Below, piece by piece: positions 8,269-12,957 of a DNA stretch of 12,957 nt. The translations under genes were made by a program, and so were the position numbers. The notes beneath the pieces were generated by a model. The model was not told the origin of the DNA. It worked only from the letters and a program-made list of their open reading frames with translations, and did no database searches. The DNA comes from Clostridia bacterium (lineage in GTDB: Bacteria > Bacillota > Clostridia > Christensenellales > Aristaeellaceae). Position 1 is the first letter of the stretch; each line of letters opens with the position of its first letter. The stretch spans positions 1 to 12,957 of the forward strand of contig JAZRWA010000087.1 in assembly GCA_045599485.1 (NCBI GenBank), given 5' to 3'.

Positions 8269-10032
8269 ATGTTTGATATAATCGTGATCGGAGCGGGGCA
8301 TGCCGGGTGCGAGGCAGCACTCGCGGCGGCCCGCATGGGTCTGGAAACGCTGCTGTTTACCCTGAATCTGGACGCGGTGGCCCTGATGGCCTGCAATCCC
8401 GCCATCGGCGGCACGGGCAAGGGGCATCTGGTACGCGAGGTGGATGCTTTGGGCGGCGAAATGGGCCGCGCTATTGACGATACCACGCTGCAGAGCCGCA
8501 TGCTGAACATGTCCAAGGGCCCGGCGGTGCACTCGCTGCGTGCGCAGGCGGACAAGCGTGAATATCAAAAGCGCATGAAGCGCGCCCTCTTTGCCCAGGA
8601 ACACCTGACGGTGCGTCAGGGCGAGGTGATGCGCATTGAAACGCTGAACGGCCGCGTCAGCGGCGTGATCACGCGCACCGGCGAGCACATTGCCTGCCGC
8701 GCGGCGGTGGTGTGCACCGGCGTGTATCTGAAGGGGCGTGTGTTTATCGGATAGGCGCAGTGGGAGGCGGGTCCGCAGGGGCTGCTGCCGGCCACGGGGC
8801 TGAGCGAGAGCCTGGCGGATCTGGGCTTTCAGCTGCGCCGCTTCAAGACGGGCACACCGGCGCGTGTGGATGCCAGGTCCATTGATTTTTCTGCCATGGA
8901 GCCGCAGCCGGGCGATGACAGGCCGGTGCCGTTCTCCTTTTTGACTGATCACGCGGTGGAAAACCGCATGATGTGCTACCTGACCTATACCAATCCCGCT
9001 ACGCATCAGATCATTTTGGATAACCTGCACCGGGCGCCCATGTTCAACGGTACCATTCAATCGGCCGGCCCGCGCTATTGCCCTTCCATTGAGAGCAAGA
9101 TCGTGCGCTTTAAGGACAAGGACCGCCATCAGCTGTTTCTGGAGCCCGAGGGCTTCAACGATTCCGAATGGTATGTGCAGGGCATGTCCTCCAGTTTGCC
9201 ATAGGATGTGCAGTGGGCCATGTACCGCACCATTCCCGGGCTGGAGCACTGCATCCTGACCCGTCTGGCGTACGCCATTGAGTATGATTGCATCGACTCG
9301 CTGGCACTGTCGCCCACCCTGGGGGCGCTGCAGGTGCCGGGGTTGTACCTCGCGGGGCAGATCAACGGCACCTCGGGGTATGAGGAGGCCGCGGCACAGG
9401 GCATTCTGGCGGGTATCAATGCCGCGCTGTACGTCAAAGAGCGGGAGCCCTTTGTGCTGACCCGCGATCAGGCGTATATCGGCGTGATGACCGATGACCT
9501 GACCACCAAGGGCACGGATGAGCCCTACCGCATGATGACCAGCCGTGCTGAACACCGGCTTTACCTGCGGCAGGACAATGCCGATCTGCGTTTGACCGCC
9601 CGCGCGCATGCCATCGGGCTGGCGACGGATGAGCGCCTGCGCCGTGCCGAGCAAAAGGCGCGGGAGACCGAGGAGCTGCTGCGGTGGCTCAAGGAAAACC
9701 GCAAGGAGGCGCTGCTGCGCCATCCCGAAAACACGATCGATATGCTTCTGCCCGAGGACGCGCCCTTTGGCGCGGCAGCCCGGGAGGAGGCGGAGATCAG
9801 CGTCAAATACGAGGGCTATCTGGAGCGTGAGCAGGCGGCGGTGCGCAAGGCGCAGGCCATGGAAAACCGTCTGCTGCCGCCCGATACGCCCTATATGGAA
9901 ATTACCGGTCTGCGCATGGAAGCGCGTCAGAAGCTGACGGCACAGCGTCCGCTGTCGCTGGCACAGGCTTCCCGCATTCCCGGGGTATCACCTGCTGACA
10001 TTGCCGTGCTGATGGTATGGCTGCGAAAGTGA
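8269..10032 (+). CDS. mnmG: tRNA uridine 5-carboxymethylaminomethyl modification enzyme MnmG (GidA), intact apart from two in-frame TAG codons (8752-8754, 9202-9204)
   Basis: Three track ORFs (8269..8754, 8866..9204, 9208..10032) are all in frame 1 and together give a colinear Mnm[25 protein letters not shown] ... [60 protein letters not shown] ... [44 protein letters not shown] ... [21 protein letters not shown] ... [20 protein letters not shown]. The stop is TGA. Confidence 0.9.
8752..8754 (+). other. first in-frame TAG inside mnmG
   Basis: Context ttt atc gga TAG gcg cag tgg. The conserved [11 protein letters not shown] motif follows in the same frame, 29 codons later. Confidence 0.9.
9202..9204 (+). 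other. second in-frame TAG inside mnmG
   Basis: Context agt ttg cca TAG gat gtg cag. It sits inside the conserved S-S-L-P-x-D-V-Q ... GLE ... YAIEYD block. Confidence 0.9.
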
Positions 10033-10042
10033 GGGGAAGAGC

Positions 10043-10396
10043 GTGGGACTGAAGGATAAACTGCTGCGGATGCTGCTGACGCCACAAACGGTGCGGCAGA
10101 CGTCGGAAGAACTGGTGCTGCGCTTTGCCGCGGCATCCCGCCTGCCGGAGGAGGCCAAAGGGTATCTGAAGGACGCGGAAGCCATTTTGCGCCTTAAAAA
10201 AGGTATCAGGCAGGTAGAGACCGACCTTGCGACCGGTACGGTGACCCTGCAGCTCGATCAATTGAAGCCGGAGGAAGCGCTCCGTTGGGTCAATCATGTG
10301 CTGGATGCCGTGCCCGGGGCGGTGAGTCAGATCAACGCCGGTCAGAGCAAGGCAAAGGTGATGAGTGACCTGCAAAAGCACTTTGAAAATGAATAA
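10043..10396 (+). CDS. hypothetical small protein (117 aa), possibly a ferredoxin-like/HMA-like fold without metal-binding cysteines
   Basis: GTG start at 10043 with GAGGGG 6 nt upstream. G/C third-position bias matches the neighbouring genes. The stop is TAA. The segment GIRQVETDLATGTVTLQLD resembles the beta-hairpin of HMA domains, but there is no CxxC. I recognise no family. Confidence 0.45.
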   Translation: MGLKDKLLRMLLTPQTVRQTSEELVLRFAAASRLPEEAKGYLKDAEAILRLKKGIRQVETDLATGTVTLQLDQLKPEEALRWVNHVLDAVPGAVSQINAGQSKAKVMSDLQKHFENE

Positions 10397-10421
10397 ATCA
10401 AATCAGAAAGGACGAATGATC

Positions 10422-11756
10422 ATGAAACAGCTTCCCGTAACCGCCGAAATGCTGGCCCGCTGGGATGCGGCAAATGCCAATTGCAAGCGCCGCCGTCTGG
10501 CCGAGAGAGCCCTGTCCAAGTGCGACCTGAACGATGTGATGTTCAACAACACCGCCGCCGCCGCGATGCGCCAGAAGTTTTCTCTGGAGCTGGATACGCT
10601 GCCGGTGACCTGTCAGAAACAATCCGGCCGCTGCTGGCTCTTTGCCGCCGCCAATGTGCTGCGTGAGAAAATCGCCAAAGAAAAGAACCTGGCAAACTTT
10701 GAACTTTCTCAGAGCTGGCTTGCTTTCTGGGACAAGTTTGAGCGCGCCAACTATTTCCTGCAGGCCATGATGGATACTGCCGAACTGCCTCATGATGACC
10801 GCACAGTGTCCTTTGTGCTGTCCACCGGCGTGCATGACGGCGGCCAGTGGGATATGTTTGCCAACATCGTCCGCAAGTACGGCATCGTGCCCAAGGATGT
10901 GTTTGATGAGACCTATCAATCCTCCAGCACCCGCCCCATGAACTATTATGTCAACCGCTTCCTCAAGGCCCGTGCCGCTGTGCTGCGCCGCATGGTGCAG
11001 GAAGGCAAGCCCGAGGACGAGGTGCAGGCCGAAAAGGAGAAGGCACTGGAAAAGGTCTATTCCTTCCTGTGCTCCTGCTACGGTGTGCCGCCCAAGAGCT
11101 TCGACTTTGAGTATGTGGACAGGAACAGGGAGTACCACATCGAAACGGGCTACACTCCCGAAAGCTTCCGCGACAAGTATGTGGGCGACCTGCTGGACAA
11201 GACCGTCAGCATCATCAACGCCCCCACCGCGGATAAGCCCTATCACAAGACCTTCACCGTTCGTCTGCTGGGCAACGTGATCGGCGGCAAACCCGTAGTG
11301 CACCTGAACCTGACGATGGATGAATTCAAGCAGGCGATCCTCAACCAGCTGAACGCCGGCAAGGTGGTCTGGTTTGGCAGCGATGTGGGTCATTTCGGTG
11401 AACGCACATTGGGTATCTGGGACAACAACTGCTTTGACGCGGAGCTGGTGACCGGCATGGATCTGAGCATCAGCAAGGCGGACGCGCTGGAGATGGGTCT
11501 TTCTGCCATGAACCACGCCATGGTGCTGACCGGCGTCAACATGAAGGATGGCAAGCCCGACCGCTGGCGCATTGAAAACAGCTGGGGCGATGACAAGGGC
11601 CAGAAGGGCTATTACATCTGCTCTGATGACTGGTTCAACCAGTATGTGTATCAGGCGGCGGTCGAGAGAGAATACCTGGGTGATCTGGCCAAGTATGCCG
11701 ACGAGACGCCCGTTGAGCTGGCTCCCTGGGATCCCATGGGCACGCTGGCAGACTGA
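10422..11756 (+). CDS. pepC: aminopeptidase C (bleomycin-hydrolase-like cysteine peptidase, family C1B)
   Basis: MKQLPVTAEMLARWDAANANCKRRRLAERAL... with the catalytic block QKQSGRCWLFAAANVLR, His in MNHAMVLTGV and Asn/Trp in ENSWGDDKGQKGYY. The AGAAAGGA RBS sits about 9 nt before ATG 10422; the in-frame ATG at 10416 is too close to the RBS, and the track start 10365 overlaps the previous ORF. The stop is TGA. Confidence 0.85.
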   Translation: MKQLPVTAEMLARWDAANANCKRRRLAERALSKCDLNDVMFNNTAAAAMRQKFSLELDTLPVTCQKQSGRCWLFAAANVLREKIAKEKNLANFELSQSWLAFWDKFERANYFLQAMMDTAELPHDDRTVSFVLSTGVHDGGQWDMFANIVRKYGIVPKDVFDETYQSSSTRPMNYYVNRFLKARAAVLRRMVQEGKPEDEVQAEKEKALEKVYSFLCSCYGVPPKSFDFEYVDRNREYHIETGYTPESFRDKYVGDLLDKTVSIINAPTADKPYHKTFTVRLLGNVIGGKPVVHLNLTMDEFKQAILNQLNAGKVVWFGSDVGHFGERTLGIWDNNCFDAELVTGMDLSISKADALEMGLSAMNHAMVLTGVNMKDGKPDRWRIENSWGDDKGQKGYYICSDDWFNQYVYQAAVEREYLGDLAKYADETPVELAPWDPMGTLAD

Positions 11757-11775
11757 AAAACCACACAATGACTTC

Positions 11776-11810
11776 CGAAGGGATCCTTGCCGCGGCGGGG
11801 GTCCCTTCTT
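11776..11810 (+). terminator. possible weak terminator after pepC
   Basis: GAAGGGAUCC (11776-11785), 12-nt loop, GGGGUCCCUUC: about 10 bp with one G-U pair. Only UU follows, so the U-tract is poor. Confidence 0.3.
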
Positions 11811-11817
11811 GGCTCAG

Positions 11818-11847
11818 GTTGACAGCCCGCGCGGCAAAAGCATATAA
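11818..11847 (+). promoter_or_regulatory. sigma-A promoter for proB-proA
   Basis: TTGACA (11818-11823), 18-nt spacer, TATAAT (11842-11847), about 37 nt upstream of ATG 11885. Confidence 0.6.
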
Positions 11848-11884
11848 TAACAGCGGAACAACAGGAAAGCGAAGGAAAAATACC

Positions 11885-12658
11885 ATGAGGATCGTGATCA
11901 AGATCGGCACCTCGACCCTGACTCACAAAACGGGGCATCTCAACATCCGTCAGGTGGAAAAGCTGTGCAAGGTGGTCAGTGATTTAAAAAACGCGGGGCA
12001 TGAGCCGGTGTTGGTGTCTTCCGGTGCCATTGGCATGGGCGTGGGCAAGCTGTCGCTGGCGGGACGTCCCTCTGACATGCCCACCAAGCAGGCGGCGGCG
12101 GCCGTGGGTCAGTGCGAACTGATGTATATTTATGATAAACAGTTTTCCGAATACAATCATGTGGTGGCGCAGATCCTTTTGACAGGGGACGACCTCGACC
12201 ATGAGGATCGGCGCAGGAACTTTGAAAACACCCTGTTCCGCCTGCTGGAGCTGGGGGCGCTGCCCATTGTGAATGAAAACGATACCATCGCCACGCAGGA
12301 GATTGCCGTGGGCGATAACGACACGCTGGGGGCTATTGTGGCGGCATGTGTCAAGGCCGATCTGCTGGTGCTGCTCAGTGATATCGATGGGCTGTATACC
12401 GCCGATCCGCGCAGGGACGCGGAGGCGAGGTTGATCTCCGTGGTGGAAGAAGTGACGCCGGAGATCTTGGCTCTGGCGGGCGGCAAGGGCTCGGCGCTTG
12501 GCACGGGCGGCATGCAGACCAAGCTGCATGCGGCGAAAATTGCCGGGGCCGCGGGCGTGGACATGATCATCACCAACGGTACGCGTCCGGAAGAACTGTA
12601 TGATATTGTGGAAGGGCGCCCGGTGGGAACGCTCTTTAAGGGGTGCAAAAACAAATGA
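11885..12658 (+). CDS. proB: glutamate 5-kinase (short form without a PUA domain)
   Basis: MRIVIKIGTSTLTHKTGHLNIRQVEKLCKVVSDLKNAGHEPVLVSSGAIGMG...IVNENDTIATQEIAVGDNDTLGA...LLSDIDGLYTADPR...GTGGMQTKLHAAKIA. The purine-rich stretch GGAAAGCGAAGGAAAAA lies upstream. The track start 11768 is in the promoter region. The TGA stop overlaps the proA ATG (ATGA). Confidence 0.9.
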   Translation: MRIVIKIGTSTLTHKTGHLNIRQVEKLCKVVSDLKNAGHEPVLVSSGAIGMGVGKLSLAGRPSDMPTKQAAAAVGQCELMYIYDKQFSEYNHVVAQILLTGDDLDHEDRRRNFENTLFRLLELGALPIVNENDTIATQEIAVGDNDTLGAIVAACVKADLLVLLSDIDGLYTADPRRDAEARLISVVEEVTPEILALAGGKGSALGTGGMQTKLHAAKIAGAAGVDMIITNGTRPEELYDIVEGRPVGTLFKGCKNK

Positions 12659-12957
12659 CCACATTGGAAATGCTGAAAAGCGCCCGCGCGGTGCGTGCGG
12701 TCGCGGCGGCGTTGGATACGGAGCGCAAGAATCAGGCCCTGGAGGCCATGGCCGCGGCACTGGAAAGGGAGACCGCGCAGATCCTGGCGGCCAACATGCA
12801 GGATGTGACAGCGGCACAGGGCACCATGAGCGCTTCGCTGCTCGACCGTTTGCAGTTGAATGAAAGCCGCATCAAGGCGATGGCGGAGGGCATCCGTCAG
12901 GTGGCGGCGCTGCCGGACCCGGTGGGCAAGGCAGTGACGCGCACGGTGCGCCCCAAC
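12655..12957 (+). CDS. proA: gamma-glutamyl phosphate reductase, first 101 codons; continues beyond the right window edge
   Basis: ATG at 12655 overlaps the proB stop. The frame is open to the window end: MTTLEMLKSARAVRAVAAALDTERKNQALEAMAAALERETAQILAANMQDVTAAQ...LLDRLQLNESRIKAMAEGIRQVAALPDPVG, a typical ProA N-terminus. It is not in the ORF track because no stop lies in the window. Confidence 0.9.
   Translation, partial: MTTLEMLKSARAVRAVAAALDTERKNQALEAMAAALERETAQILAANMQDVTAAQGTMSASLLDRLQLNESRIKAMAEGIRQVAALPDPVGKAVTRTVRPN

Noticed and set aside
4146-9204. Pyrrolysine as the explanation for the in-frame TAGs
   Set aside because: Known Pyl sites are essentially confined to methylamine methyltransferases and a few other genes. 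Here the TAGs sit at variable, non-catalytic positions of unrelated housekeeping proteins, and no pyl genes or PYLIS-like structure are visible. It is not formally excluded without the rest of the genome.
6472-9723. 1083-aa ORF on the - strand, the longest in the track
   Set aside because: It is the codon-aligned mirror of the + strand NlpC/P60 and mnmG genes. It exists only because those genes avoid TTA, CTA and TCA codons under strong G/C third-position bias. Its product is low-complexity (rich in A, G, R, H and Q) with no recognisable domain, no RBS and no promoter. The + strand genes have clear homology.
3552-10032. Reading trmB, mnmG, the NlpC/P60 gene and the Cys-rich gene as pseudogenes or split genes
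   Set aside because: All five lesions are the same codon (TAG), there are no frameshifts, and no TAA or TGA interrupts any gene. Catalytic and cofactor motifs downstream of the TAGs are intact, and promoter and terminator placement matches the full-length genes. Sequencing or assembly error cannot be excluded from the sequence alone, so it is listed as a refutation test.
11757-11884. Possible T-box or other riboswitch upstream of proB
   Set aside because: The predicted promoter leaves a leader of only about 30 nt, too short for a T-box. No specifier, antiterminator or other conserved riboswitch element is visible.
10398-12817. - strand ORFs 10398..11768 (456 aa) and 11984..12817 (277 aa)
   Set aside because: These are mirror ORFs of pepC and proB in the same codon register, with no RBS and no recognisable domains.

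Overview
GC-rich chromosomal window, codon-biased towards G/C at third positions, with Gram-positive-style GGAGG ribosome-binding sites. It looks like an anaerobic Firmicutes/Clostridia housekeeping region; that taxonomy is inference only. Gene order: pyruvate:ferredoxin oxidoreductase (5' part, - strand), an FAD-dependent oxidoreductase translationally coupled to trmB (-), a secreted Cys-rich protein (-), rplJ-rplL with leader and terminator (+), an SH3b-repeat NlpC/P60 cell-wall hydrolase (+), mnmG (+), a small unknown ORF (+), pepC (+), and proB-proA (+, proA runs off the right edge). I found no tRNA, rRNA, CRISPR array or mobile element. The main observation is that four otherwise intact genes (trmB, the Cys-rich gene, the SH3b-NlpC/P60 gene, and mnmG twice) contain five in-frame TAG codons in total. 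In each case homology, domain architecture or terminator placement continues in the same frame past the TAG. None of the ten genes whose true 3' end is visible stops at TAG (5 TAA, 5 TGA). This fits UAG being decoded as an amino acid, either genome-wide reassignment or constitutive suppression, rather than pseudogenisation. The six-frame ORF track splits these genes because it treats TAG as a stop. The long opposite-strand ORFs in the track are codon-aligned mirror ORFs and are rejected.
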